Made by a program: the position numbers and the translations under genes
NCBI GenBank assembly: GCA_963751275.1
Contig: CAVVTZ010000011.1
Coordinates: forward strand, 192,001 to 256,000
Reading direction: 5' to 3'
Origin: an uncultured Gemmatimonadaceae bacterium
Lineage (GTDB): Bacteria > Gemmatimonadota > Gemmatimonadetes > Gemmatimonadales > Gemmatimonadaceae
DNA length: 64,000 nt
Part shown: in pieces, positions 1 through 10,789 of the stretch
Position numbering within the stretch: position 1 is the first letter of the stretch
Layout: every line of letters begins with the position of its first letter
The notes under the pieces: generated by a model
Databases searched by the model: none
Seen by the model: the letters and a program-made list of their open reading frames with translations, nothing else
What the model was told of the DNA's origin: nothing

Positions 1-197
1 GCGTTCTTGATGAGCGTCGTCTTCGACGGGAAGGGCTTGTAGGTGCTGGGGAACGGATCCGCGAGCGGAAGCGCGACGGCTCCCTTGCCCGGCGGGGTCC
101 TCTTGACGCTGTCACTCGTGCCGGACGTCTTGGCGGGCTGCTGTGCCGAGACCGTGCCGGCGAAAACGAGTGCGAGCGCGACGGCGAACTGGCGCAT
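1..197 (-). CDS. N-terminus of a secreted protein, probably amidohydrolase family (runs off the window edge)
   Basis: Not in ORF track. The minus strand reads MRQFAVALALVFAGTVSAQQ... (signal peptide) then DPFPSTYKPFPSKTTLIKNA; AGGAGG SD lies just upstream. Confidence 0.6.
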   Translation of the reverse strand, partial: MRQFAVALALVFAGTVSAQQPAKTSGTSDSVKRTPPGKGAVALPLADPFPSTYKPFPSKTTLIKN

Positions 198-353
198 CGC
201 TATGCTGTCCTCCTGAAAGGGGATCCTGGGGAGAGGGCGAAATTACGAGCGGGGAACGCCCGTCGCTAGTGCGTGATCGCCCCCGCGCGCCGTACGCACG
301 AGGGGGCGCCTTCGTTGCGCGGCTATCGTCTGCGCACGCGGTTGCTGCTCTAT

Positions 354-506
354 GCGTGTGTAGAAACTAGTACCGCTGGAACAGCGCGTCTGGCAACCAA
401 GCGTATAGTACTCCTCTGCGCGACTGGGGCGACCACTCACGCCCAGGAGTACCAGACGCTCAGTTGCCAGACGCGCTGTTCCAGCGGTACTTGTTGCTAG
501 ACGCGC
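354..506. repeat. Long imperfect inverted repeat (hairpin family A)
   Basis: Perfect 29-bp core AGTACCGCTGGAACAGCGCGTCTGGCAAC at 369-397, reverse complement at 463-491; arms extend imperfectly to about 60 bp. Confidence 0.9.
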
Positions 507-508
507 TC

Positions 509-1369
509 TTATGGTAAGAGCCGCTCGGGGTTCGTTTCGAGCGCCGCGCGCTTGACCGATTCGGCCAGCGGCAGGGCGAGGAACTGGTCGACGTTCTTGC
601 GCATGCTCTCCACGCCGGGACTCGGCCAGTCGGTGCCCCAGAGCAGCTGGCGCTCGAGCTCGGCGATGCGCGGGAAGTACTCGAGCAGGGACTTCGGCGG
701 AATGCCCGACAGGTCCAGCATCATGCGTTTGTGGCGGCGCAGGACGAAGAAGGCCTCTTCCATGTAAAGCGGCCGCCCGCCGTGCGCCATGATCAGCGGC
801 AGATCGGGGAAATCGATGGCGACGTCATCCAACTCCATCGGGTTGCCGAACTTGCTGCGCGCACCGGGGAAGATGCTCGTGCCGGTGTGGACGAGCACCG
901 GCAGGCCGCGCGCCTCGCATGTGCGATAGATGGCGGCGAGCGAATCGAGCCCGCGCGTGTAATCGTTGGCCGCGAAATTCTGGTGCGGGGGGTGCAGCTT
1001 GAGCACGCGCGTGCCAAGGCCGATCAAGCGCTCGACCTTCGCCGCCGCCGTTTTCGGGTCGGGCGTGGTCATCGGATCCACGCCGCCGTACGGCAGCAGC
1101 CGCTTCGGATCGGCGGCGGCGTACTGCGCCGCGAAGTCGTTGGTGCTGTCATCGAAGCCCATGATGTTCGGGCTCGGATAGTTCACCATCCCGACACGCT
1201 GGATCCCCTGTTCGTCCATGACGCGCAGCAGCAGCTTCGGATCATCCATCAGCGCGATCAGGAAGTCGAAGTGCTGCTCCTTCCCACGCCGCATGACTTC
1301 CATGACAGCAGGCTTCAGCTGACGGAAAGGTTGCACGTGGATGTGAAAATCCGTGATGCGATACGTCAT
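509..1369 (-). CDS. Amidohydrolase family protein (Amidohydro_2-like)
   Basis: DFHIH metal motif, KLHP, VHTG, AHGG and WGTDWP motifs; ATG at 1369 preferred over the ORF-track start. Confidence 0.85.
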   Translation of the reverse strand: MTYRITDFHIHVQPFRQLKPAVMEVMRRGKEQHFDFLIALMDDPKLLLRVMDEQGIQRVGMVNYPSPNIMGFDDSTNDFAAQYAAADPKRLLPYGGVDPMTTPDPKTAAAKVERLIGLGTRVLKLHPPHQNFAANDYTRGLDSLAAIYRTCEARGLPVLVHTGTSIFPGARSKFGNPMELDDVAIDFPDLPLIMAHGGRPLYMEEAFFVLRRHKRMMLDLSGIPPKSLLEYFPRIAELERQLLWGTDWPSPGVESMRKNVDQFLALPLAESVKRAALETNPERLLP

Positions 1370-1555
1370 GAAACGCACGGCTCAAACTGCGTAGTTGGTC
1401 CCCCAAACTCCGCAATTGGCGGTTGGCGTGTGGTAAGAGCTCGGGCGCTATTGGCACCGGCGGCCGCACGCCAGGAACGCTTTAGCCGTGACCACACGTC
1501 ACCCGCCATCACGGCGTTCGGGGGACCAAGAACGGAGTTCGGGGTGCCACTTTCG
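1370..1555. repeat. Long imperfect inverted repeat (hairpin family B)
   Basis: TTGGTCCCCCAAACTCCGC...GGCGGTTGGCGTGTGGT on the left pairs with ACCACACGTCACCCGCC...CGGCGTTCGGGGGACCAA on the right. Confidence 0.8.
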
Positions 1556-1559
1556 CGAC

Positions 1560-2339
1560 TCATCGCCCCTTGAAGTCGGCCGGCCGTTTTTCAAGGAATG
1601 CCCGCACTCCTTCGATCTTGTCCTCGCTCGAGAAGCACAGAGCGAACAGCGCCCGTTCGGCGCGCAGTCCATCCTCCAGCGGCAGACTCAACGCCGCGCG
1701 CGTCGCTTCCTTCGCGGCGGCCACGGCCACCGGGCTCTTGGACGCGATCGTCTCCGCGATCGCCATCGCGCGCGTCATGAGCTCCGCCGGCTCGGTGACT
1801 TCCGACACGATGCCGAGCCGCAGCGCCTCCGCGGCGTCGATCATGTCTCCCGTCAGGATGAGCCGCAGGGCGGCGCCCAGCCCCGCCACGCGCGGCAGCC
1901 GCTGCGTGCCGCCGCCGCCGGGGATGATCCCGAGATTCACCTCGGGCTGGCCGAACTTCGCGGCGCTGCTCGCGATCCGGATGTCGCACGCCAGCGCGAT
2001 CTCCATGCCGCCGCCCAGGCAGAATCCGTTCAGCGCGGCGATCACCGGCTTCGGGCAGCGCTCCGGCGCATCGAACACCGGGCCGGTGCTCATCGAGCGC
2101 CATTGGTCCACCGGCGTGCGCCCCTCGAACTCGCCAATGTCCGCGCCCGCGATGAAGGCCTTGTCGCCGGCGCCGGTGAGCAGCACCACCCGCACGCCCG
2201 CATCGGCCCGGGCACGCTCGAAGGCGGCAAGAATGCCGGCGCGCACCTCCTGGTTCAGCGCGTTGCGCTTCTCCGGCCGGTTCACGGTGACCACGGCCAC
2301 CCGGCCGCGCACCTCGTACAGCACCACGCTGTCGCTCAT
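1560..2339 (-). CDS. Enoyl-CoA hydratase (crotonase)
   Basis: NRPEKRNAL, FIAGADI, GGGMEIALACD, PEVNLGIIPGGGGTQRL; both catalytic Glu present. Confidence 0.93.
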   Translation of the reverse strand: MSDSVVLYEVRGRVAVVTVNRPEKRNALNQEVRAGILAAFERARADAGVRVVLLTGAGDKAFIAGADIGEFEGRTPVDQWRSMSTGPVFDAPERCPKPVIAALNGFCLGGGMEIALACDIRIASSAAKFGQPEVNLGIIPGGGGTQRLPRVAGLGAALRLILTGDMIDAAEALRLGIVSEVTEPAELMTRAMAIAETIASKSPVAVAAAKEATRAALSLPLEDGLRAERALFALCFSSEDKIEGVRAFLEKRPADFKGR

Positions 2340-3202
2340 CGTGCGTTCTCCCACCGGTAGAAGCCCTGTCCCGATTTCTTGCCCAAGTGTCCCTCGCGAA
2401 CCTTCTGGCGGAGCAGTTCGGGCGCCGCGTACGTCGCGCCGCCGAGTGTGGCGTGCAGGTGATCGGCGATCGCGAGCCGCACGTCGAGTCCCACGAGATC
2501 CGTGAGACGGAGCGGCCCCAGCGGATGGTTGTAGCCCAGCTCCATCGCGCGGTCGATGTCCTCCGCGCTCGCCACGCCCTGCTCGAGCATCCGGATCGCC
2601 TCGAGGCCGAGCACGACGCCGAGCCGGCTCGTCGCGAAGCCCGGCGAGTCGCGCACCACGATCGGCGTCTTGCCCAGCAGTGCGGCAAGTGCGCGAGCGG
2701 ATTCGACCACGGCATCGCTCGTCTCCGGCCCGCGTACGATCTCGAGCAGCTGCATCACCGGCACCGGATTGAAGAAATGCAGGCCGAGCAGACGTTCACG
2801 GTGCTTGAGCGCCGCGCCGATCGCCGCGATCGAAAGCGAGCTGGTGTTGCTCGCGAGCATCGCCGTGTCCGACACGAGCGGTTCGATCTGCGCGAACAAC
2901 CCCTGTTTGAGCGCGAGCCGTTCGGGCACGGCCTCGATCACGATGTCGGCGCCGCGCACCGCCTCGGTGACCGACGCGACCGCGGCGAGGCTCGACATGC
3001 CGGTGTCGCGCTGCTCCACGGTCGCCTTGCCGCGCTCGATCGCCTTCGCAAAGGCCGCGTCGATCGCGGCAATGCCGCGCTGCAGCTGGCCGGCGTCGGC
3101 ATCGGTGAGCGACACGAAGCAGCCGGCGCGGGCGCACACATAGGCGATCCCGTGTCCCATCGTGCCGGCGCCGATCACGGCCACGCGCGGCGGGCCGGTC
3201 AT
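2336..3202 (-). CDS. 3-hydroxyacyl-CoA dehydrogenase (PaaH/Hbd-like)
   Basis: GAGTMG Rossmann motif, IEAVPE, ASNTSSL, GLHFFNP, GKKSGQGFY; ATG at 3202 overlaps the upstream stop. Confidence 0.92.
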   Translation of the reverse strand: MTGPPRVAVIGAGTMGHGIAYVCARAGCFVSLTDADAGQLQRGIAAIDAAFAKAIERGKATVEQRDTGMSSLAAVASVTEAVRGADIVIEAVPERLALKQGLFAQIEPLVSDTAMLASNTSSLSIAAIGAALKHRERLLGLHFFNPVPVMQLLEIVRGPETSDAVVESARALAALLGKTPIVVRDSPGFATSRLGVVLGLEAIRMLEQGVASAEDIDRAMELGYNHPLGPLRLTDLVGLDVRLAIADHLHATLGGATYAAPELLRQKVREGHLGKKSGQGFYRWENAR

Positions 3203-3913
3203 CCGCCCAGCGCTTCGCGCAGATCCAGGAGGGTGTCGGTGCAGAGCGCGTCCACGCCGAGCGCCGCGAGCGATTGCGCCCGTTCCGGCTTGTTCACCGT
3301 CCACGCGAGCACGCGGCCGCCGGCGCCGTGCACCGCGCCCACGAGCGCCGCGTCGATCAGGTCCTCCCGCGGCCACACGTCGCGCGCATCGGCGTGCCGC
3401 ATCGCGGCCACGACGTCGCCGGGCGCCGTGTCGAACAGGATGCCGCCGCGCACGCTCGGCGCCACCGACCGGCAGCGGCGGATCGCCTCGTGATCGAAGC
3501 TGTGCACCGCGCAGCGGGCCGGGGCGGGGGAGTCGTGGATCACGTCCAGCACCGGCCCTTCGATGCCGGCCGCCTTCAGCTCGACGAAGACATCGAGCCG
3601 GCCGCGGAGCGCGGCGAGCACTTCGGCCAAGGTAGGGATGAGCGCTTTCCCGTCCACGGAGAAGCCCTGCAGCTCATCGAACGTCAGCGCATCGATGCGC
3701 TTGCCCGCGAGCGCCTTGCTGGGCGCCTTCGCCTTGGGGATGTCGTCGTGATGCACGACCACCACGCCGTTCTTCGTGCAGTGCACATCGAGCTCGAATG
3801 CCGTCGGCGCCGAGTTCGAGGGCGCGCAGGAACGCCGGCAGGGTATTCTCCGGCCGCTCGCGGGAGATCCCGCGATGCGCGATCAGTCGGGGGCGCTCGA
3901 AGCTAGTCGTCAC
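3199..3913 (-). CDS. Glycerophosphodiester phosphodiesterase family (one apparent frameshift near 3800)
   Basis: IAHRG..RPENTLPAF in one frame; VVHHD, VELK, HSFD, WTVN and D(A)LCTD in the next. Confidence 0.85.
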
Positions 3914-5025
3914 TCTTCTTGGGCTGGATCCAGTCGTTCTCCTTGAAGATGTTGCGCAGGAGTTCGCGGTCTTCGCTAGTGGGGAGCACCGAGGCAACGT
4001 AGGCCTCGTACTTCGACGCCTCGATCGGCTCGCCGTGTACGTCGAAGTGCATCTTCTTGTACTCGCCGATGCGCCGGTTGAACTTCACGCTCGGGATCAT
4101 GAGCTTCTGCTGATCCTCGCCCACGTAGGTGTTCAGCCGGTCGATCAGCCCCTGGACCTCCTGGCGGTACAGCTCGCGCGACGCCTCGTTGAGCCGCGCC
4201 GCGTCGCGCCGGCTGCGGATTCGTCCGCTCGTCGAAGCGGCCCTTGAGCCCCCACTCGTACGCCCACTGCGCCGAGCTCGAGCGGTCGGTGCCGAACAGA
4301 TCGAACGCCGTCGGACACCCACTTGTTGAAGATAGCGCTGCATCACCGGCGTCGGGATCTTGCCGGCCTTCGATGATCCGCAGCAGGCCGTTGTTCCCGG
4401 TGCCCAGGTGGAACGACTCCTCCTTGAGCATGGGCTCCATCGAGCGCGCCAGCGGTGCGAACGCCGAGGTGGACATCATCTTGCAGCTGGAACTTGCCGT
4501 CGCGGTCGATGAACTCGGTGTACGTGAAGAAGTCGAGCCAGTTCTCGACCGCGCTCGTTGAACGAGCCGAGCAGGCGCTCGTGCTCGTCGGCGCGCCGCG
4601 CGAGCAGCTTCTCGCGCCTCGCGCTTCCCCTCGTCGCCGAAGTGCGTCACGAGCAGGTAGGACATCTGCCAGCCGTGGCGCATCTCCTCCGCCATCACCC
4701 GGTAGATGGACATCAGGTCGTAGTCGCACGGCGCGTTCTGCAGCAGCGCGCGCTGCTGCTCGACCGACGCGAATTCCGTGTCGCCCTGGAAGACGATGAG
4801 GTTCTGGAGCGCGTCGCGGATGCGCTGGTCGGGGATGTGCATCACCGTCTTCCACTTCGCGCCGCCGGCGTAGTGCCCGAACTCGATCTCCGGCACGTCG
4901 AGGTCGCCGAACTTCACCTCGAACTTGTAGTCCTTCAGTTCGGAGGCATCGACGCCGATGTCGTTCTGCCAGACCTGGAACAGGTCGATCCAGTCGTCGA
5001 AGTTCGTGATCTTCGTGAGTGCCAT
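3903..5025 (-). CDS. boxB: BoxB/PaaA-family diiron aromatic-CoA epoxidase subunit (several apparent frameshifts)
   Basis: QGDTEFASVEQQ, EEMRHGWQM, NWLDFFTYTEFIDRDGKFQL and EESFH (two ExxH diiron motifs) pieced together across frames; about 370 aa. Confidence 0.75.
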
Positions 5026-5035
5026 GATGGCTCCG

Positions 5036-5829
5036 TCAGGTGGCGGTGGAGAACGTCGGTGCGCGCTTCTCGGTGAACGCGGCGATCCCTTCCGCGCGTC
5101 GCCGCTCTGGAAGCAGCGCGATCTGCGCGTCCAGTTCGTAGTCGAGCATCTCGGGCAGCGTCTTGCGTGAGCGAGTCGTACACGGCGCGCTTCGCCATCG
5201 CGATGGAAAGCGCGGGCTTCGCGGCGAGCGTGCGCGCGAGCGCCGTCGTCTCGGCGGCCAGCGCTTCGGGCGCGCACCACGCGGTTGAACAGCCCGAGCC
5301 GCAGGCACTCGTCGGCGTCGATCACGTCGGCGAGCCAGAAGAGTTCGAGCGCCTTGGCCGGCCCCACGAGGCGGGGCAGGAAGTACGTGCCGCCCCAGTC
5401 GGGGTGCAGGCCGATGCGATTGAACGTCTGGCCGAGTTTGGCATCGCGGCTCGCGATGCGCAGATCGCAGGCGAGGGCGAGGTTCGCGCCGCCGCCCGCG
5501 GCCACGCCGTTGACGGAGGCGATCACGGGCTTGGTGGATTCGCGGATCACCGTGACGACGCGCCGGCCGGCCTCGATCAGCGGCCGTCATCGCCGGCACA
5601 TTCTCGGTCGCGACCAGCTCGCCCATGTAGCCGACGTCGGCGCCGGCGCAGAAGCCGCGTCCCGCGCCCGTGATGACGATGACGCGCACGGCTTTGTCGG
5701 CCTCGAGCTCCTCGAGCGCGTCGCCCAGCTCGCGCCGCATCTCGCCCGCGAAGGCGTTGAGCTTGTCCGGGCGGTTGAGCGTGAGCGTGCCGACGCCGCC
5801 CTCGCGCGCGAGCAGGATGTTCTCGTACT

Positions 5830-5833
<4 letters not shown>
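5036..5833 (-). CDS. Enoyl-CoA hydratase/isomerase (PaaG-like; apparent frameshifts)
   Basis: [44 protein letters not shown] (Asp-type isomerase signature). Confidence 0.85.
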
Positions 5834-7045
<1,212 letters not shown>

Positions 7046-7049
<4 letters not shown>

Positions 7050-8537
7050 GACAGGTCCACCCACACCGACTTGATCTGCGTGTAGCCGTCGATCGCGTAC
7101 ATGCCGAGCTCGCGGCCGAAGCCGCTCTGCTTGTAGCCGCCGAACGGCGACGCCGCGTCGTACATGTTGTACGTGTTCACCCACACGGTGCCGGCCTCGC
7201 ACGGCGCGCGCGATGCGCAGCGCCTTGCTCGATGTCGCGCGTCCAGATCCCCGCGGCGAGCCCGTAGATCGTCTCGTTCGCGAGCGCCACCGCGCCGTCG
7301 AAGCCGCTCGTCGAAGGTCGATCATCGCGAGCACGGGGCCGAAGATCTCCTCCCGCGCGATCGTCATCTTCGGCGTCACGCCGTCGAAGATGGTCGCCTC
7401 CACGAAGTAGCCCTTGCCGTTCACCGGCGTGCGCTCGCCGCCCGCGAGCGAGCTGTCGCGCCCTCGTCGCTGCCCCTTCTCGATGTAGCCGAGCACGCTC
7501 TCCATGCTGCGTCTTGGAGACGATCGCGCCGAGCCGCGTCTTGGGATCGATCGGATCGCCCGGCGACCATCTTCTTCGCGCGCTCGAGCGATCTTGGCCA
7601 TCAGCTCGTCGTGGATCGTGTCCTCCACGAGCAGCCGCGAGCCCGCCGCGCAGACCTCGCCCTTGCCGTAGAAGATCGCCGTTGAGCGCGCCGCGCGCCG
7701 CGGCATCGAGGTCCGCGTCGGCGAACACGATGTTCGGCGACTTGCCGCCGAGCTCGAGCGACAGCTTCTTCACCGTTGCCGCGGCCTCGCGCATGATCCA
7801 TCTTGCCCGATCTCGGTGCTCGCCGGTGAAGGCGATCTTGTCCACCTCCGGGTGCCGCACGAGCGCCATGCCCGGCTGTCTTCGCCCTGGCCGGGCACGA
7901 CGTTGAACGCGCCCGGCGGGGAGCCCCGCCTCCAGCGCCAGCTCCGCCATGCGGATCGCCGTGAACGGCGTCTGCGTCGCCGGCTTCAGCACCACGGTGT
8001 TCCCGCACGCGAGCGCCGGCGCGATCTTCCACGCCGCGAGCGACAGCGGGAAGTTCCACGGCGTGATCGCGCCGATCACGCCGAGCGGCTCGCGCAGCGT
8101 GTAGTTGAAGTAGTTCCCGTCCACCGGGATCGTCTCGCCCGTGGATCTTGTCCGCCCAGCCGCCATAGTACTTGAACGTCTCGGCGGTGAGCTTCACGTC
8201 GATGTGCGACTCGAAGAGCGGCTTGCCGTTGTTCTGCGTCTCGAGGCGCGCGAGTTCATCGGCGTGCGCCGTGATCAGCTCGCCCAGCTTGTACACCATC
8301 GCGCCCGCGCTGCCGCGCGCTGATCTTGCGCCACGCCTCGCTCTCGAACGTCGCGCGCGCGTTGGACACCGCGCGCTCCACGTCCGACGCGTCGGCCTCC
8401 GCCACCTTGGCGATGATCTCCTCGGTGGCCGGATTCTCCACGTCGAACGTGCGGCCGCCGGCGGCGTCCACCCGCTCGCCGCCGATCACCAGCTGCGTCG
8501 GGTACCGCTCCGCCGCGGCGGTCACCGTCGCGCTCAC
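7046..8537 (-). CDS. NAD(P)-dependent aldehyde dehydrogenase (apparent frameshifts)
   Basis: [42 protein letters not shown] across frames. Confidence 0.9.
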
Positions 8538-9353
8538 TTCCCCTTGAAGTTCGGCTGCCGCTTCTCGACGTACGCGGCCGATCCCTTCCTTCGCATCGCC
8601 GCTCTGGAAGAGCAGCTCTGCAGCTCGCGCTCGATGGCGAGTGCCGTACTCGAGCGGCACTTCGCCGCCGCTCTGCACCGCGCGCTTGATGTGGCCGACC
8701 GCCATCGCCGCCTTGTCCGGCGGCGTGAACTGCTTCGCGTACAGCATCACGCTGCTCCCAGAACTCGTCCGTTGCGGTCGCACACCTCGTTCACGAGCCC
8801 GATCGTCCTGCGCTTCCTCGAAGCTGAACGTGCGGCCGGTGACCATGAGCTCGATCGCCTTCGACTTGCCCACGATGCGCGAGCAGCCGCTGCGTGCCGC
8901 CGGTGCCGGGGAGCACGCCGAGGTTCACCTCGGGGAGTCCGATCTTGCCCGCGTCCTGGCGCGCGAGGCGGATGTCCGCGGCCATGGCGATCTCGAGTCC
9001 GCCGCCCACGCAGTGGCCGTTCAGCGCCGCGATCACGAGCTTCGGCGTCTGCTCCAGCCGGCTCAGCGTCTCGTTCGCGTGCAGGCAGAAGTAGTACTTG
9101 AACACCGGGTCCACGGTGTTCAGCATGTTGATGTTCGCGCCGGCCGAGAAGAACTTCTCGCCCGCGCCGCGCAGGATGATCACGTGCACGTCGTTGTCGA
9201 AGCGCGCCTTGAGGATGCCTCGTCGAGCTGGCGCATCATCTCGTGCGTGTAGGTGTTCGCCGGCGGATCGTTCAGCTCGAACACCGCGATATTGCCTTCC
9301 TTCCGGTAGGTCACCAGCGTCGCGGCGGCTTTCTCATTCATCGTGGCGGTCAT
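8534..9353 (-). CDS. Crotonase-fold protein resembling the catalytic domain of BoxC (epoxybenzoyl-CoA dihydrolase); apparent frameshifts
   Basis: PPANTY, AGANINML, FKYYFCLHANET (cf. BoxC GANIxML...FCKFTNET, from recall), GGGLEIA, PEVNLGVLPGTGG. Confidence 0.7.
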
Positions 9354-9401
9354 AGGTGTTCCTGGTAAAGAGTTGGACGGTAGTCGTTAGCCGTTGCTTC
9401 C

Positions 9402-9493
9402 GACATCATGTTCATCATGTCAATCCTGTCAAAGCAGTTTCTCGTAGCGAGTGGGAAGAGCATCTGACAGGATGAACATGATTGACATGATTG
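9402..9493. repeat. Hairpin family C, copy 1 (arms in permuted order)
   Basis: CATCATGTTCATCATGTCAATCCTGTCAAAGC, a short spacer, then GCATCTGACAGGATGAACATGATTGACATGAT. Confidence 0.9.
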
Positions 9494-9499
9494 AGCCAC

Positions 9500-10123
9500 T
9501 CAGCCGGCGGATGTGCGCGGAAGCGACGCGATCGCGACCGGGAGCCCCACATAGCCGCCGAGGAAGATCCGGCCCACGTTCTGCGCGAGCAGCTCCACGC
9601 CGAGATCGCCGTTCGGGTCGTACCAGTTGTAGATCCAGTTCATCATGCCGAACAGCGAGTACGCGGCCACGCGCCGGTTGGCGTGCGCGGGGCCATGTGT
9701 TTCCTCGATGCCCGCGAGAATGTCCATCAGAGCGCGGGTGTACTCGCTCTTCATTTCGTTCACGGTATGCAGGGGGGCTCCGGTGAGGGCGCCGGCCTCG
9801 TGCGACAACACCTTCATCTCCGCCATGTGGGTGGCGAAGTAATCCAGGTGGTTGTCGATGAATTTCATGAGGCGGTCCACCGGATCGGTGGTCCCGGCGA
9901 GGCTCTCGCGCATTCCGGCGATCACCCGCTCGAAATTGCGCTGCTGGATCAGGAAGAGCAGCTCCTCCTTGCTCTCCACATAATAGTAGAGGCCCGCCAG
10001 TGACACTCCCGACGCCCGCGCCAGGTCGCGCATGCTCGTCTGATGGTAGCCGCGCTCCGCGAAGACCCGCGCGGCCGCGGAAAGCAGGGCATCCAGCTTC
10101 TGGTCCTTGGTCGCGATCGCCAA
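9500..10123 (-). CDS. TetR family regulator (PaaR/KstR2-like)
   Basis: HTH AARVFAERGYHQTSMRDLA..GLYYYVESKEELL; C-terminal GMMNWIYNWY. TTG at 10123 follows GGGAGG; the ORF-track start at 10189 is the -35 box. Confidence 0.88.
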   Translation of the reverse strand: MAIATKDQKLDALLSAAARVFAERGYHQTSMRDLARASGVSLAGLYYYVESKEELLFLIQQRNFERVIAGMRESLAGTTDPVDRLMKFIDNHLDYFATHMAEMKVLSHEAGALTGAPLHTVNEMKSEYTRALMDILAGIEETHGPAHANRRVAAYSLFGMMNWIYNWYDPNGDLGVELLAQNVGRIFLGGYVGLPVAIASLPRTSAG

Positions 10124-10141
10124 TAGGCCTCCCCCGGGCTT

Positions 10142-10155
10142 CGAACGAACGTTCG
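10142..10155. promoter_or_regulatory. Pseudo-palindromic TetR operator CGAACGAACGTTCG
   Basis: Fits the CNAACGNNCGTTNG form recalled for Thermus PaaR; lies at the predicted TSS of tetR. Confidence 0.65.
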
Positions 10156-10160
10156 GACTC

Positions 10161-10189
10161 AACCTACGGGGCGGGGGAATGACCGTCAA
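10161..10189 (-). promoter_or_regulatory. Sigma70 promoter of tetR/catabolic operon
   Basis: Minus strand TTGACG-17 bp-TAGGTT. Confidence 0.7.
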
Positions 10190-10196
10190 GATTGAC

Positions 10197-10222
10197 CTTA
10201 ACGTTCTGCCCGGCCTGGCGTC
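10197..10222 (+). promoter_or_regulatory. Putative autoregulated ECF promoter
   Basis: CTTAAC-16 bp-CGTC, 15 nt before the ECF sigma ATG; AAC/CGT architecture typical of ECF promoters. Confidence 0.55.
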
Positions 10223-10237
10223 TCATACCGTGACGGA

Positions 10238-10789
10238 ATGACTCAGCCCACCCGATCGCCGGACGATCCGGACGACAGCGTGCTCATCAGGCGCTGGCAG
10301 GCCGGGGACGAACGGGCCGCAACGCTGCTGGTGGAGCGCCATGCGCCGTCGGTCTCGCGCTATGTCGCGAGCATCGGCGTGCGGGAGGATGTGGAGGATG
10401 TCGTGCAGGATACGTTCGTCCGGGCGTTCGGGAGCCTGGAGAGTTTTCGAGGGGACAGCGCGCTGCGAACATGGCTGTGCACGATCGCGCGGAACCTCGT
10501 GAGGGATCGAGTTCGCAGTCTCAAGTTCGAACGGAAGATGGTAGAGATCGAAGAGCAGCACGCGGTGACCGAGCACGATGCATTGGACGACTCGGTGGCC
10601 GACGAAACGGAGGGACGCATGATGGAAGCCGTGGGGAAGCTCACTCCCATGCAGCGCGAGGTGTTCACCTTGCGCGTGGCCGAGGGGATGTCCTACAAGG
10701 ACATCGCGAAGGTGGTGGGGAGCAGCGAGGGCGCGGCCCGGGTCCATTACCACAACGCGATGCGCGCGATCAAGGAGTTGCTCACATGA
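10238..10789 (+). CDS. ECF RNA polymerase sigma factor
   Basis: EDVVQDTF, FRGDSALRTWLCTIARN (region 2); LTPMQREVFTLR..MSYKDIA (region 4). Confidence 0.93.
   Translation: MTQPTRSPDDPDDSVLIRRWQAGDERAATLLVERHAPSVSRYVASIGVREDVEDVVQDTFVRAFGSLESFRGDSALRTWLCTIARNLVRDRVRSLKFERKMVEIEEQHAVTEHDALDDSVADETEGRMMEAVGKLTPMQREVFTLRVAEGMSYKDIAKVVGSSEGAARVHYHNAMRAIKELLT

Noticed and set aside
250..315. Weak hairpin upstream of the first gene
   Set aside because: Short GC-rich pairing only; not distinguishable from chance by eye.
10124..10189. N-terminal extension of TetR given by the ORF track
   Set aside because: The region is promoter and operator; an SD plus TTG at 10123 gives a normal-size TetR.
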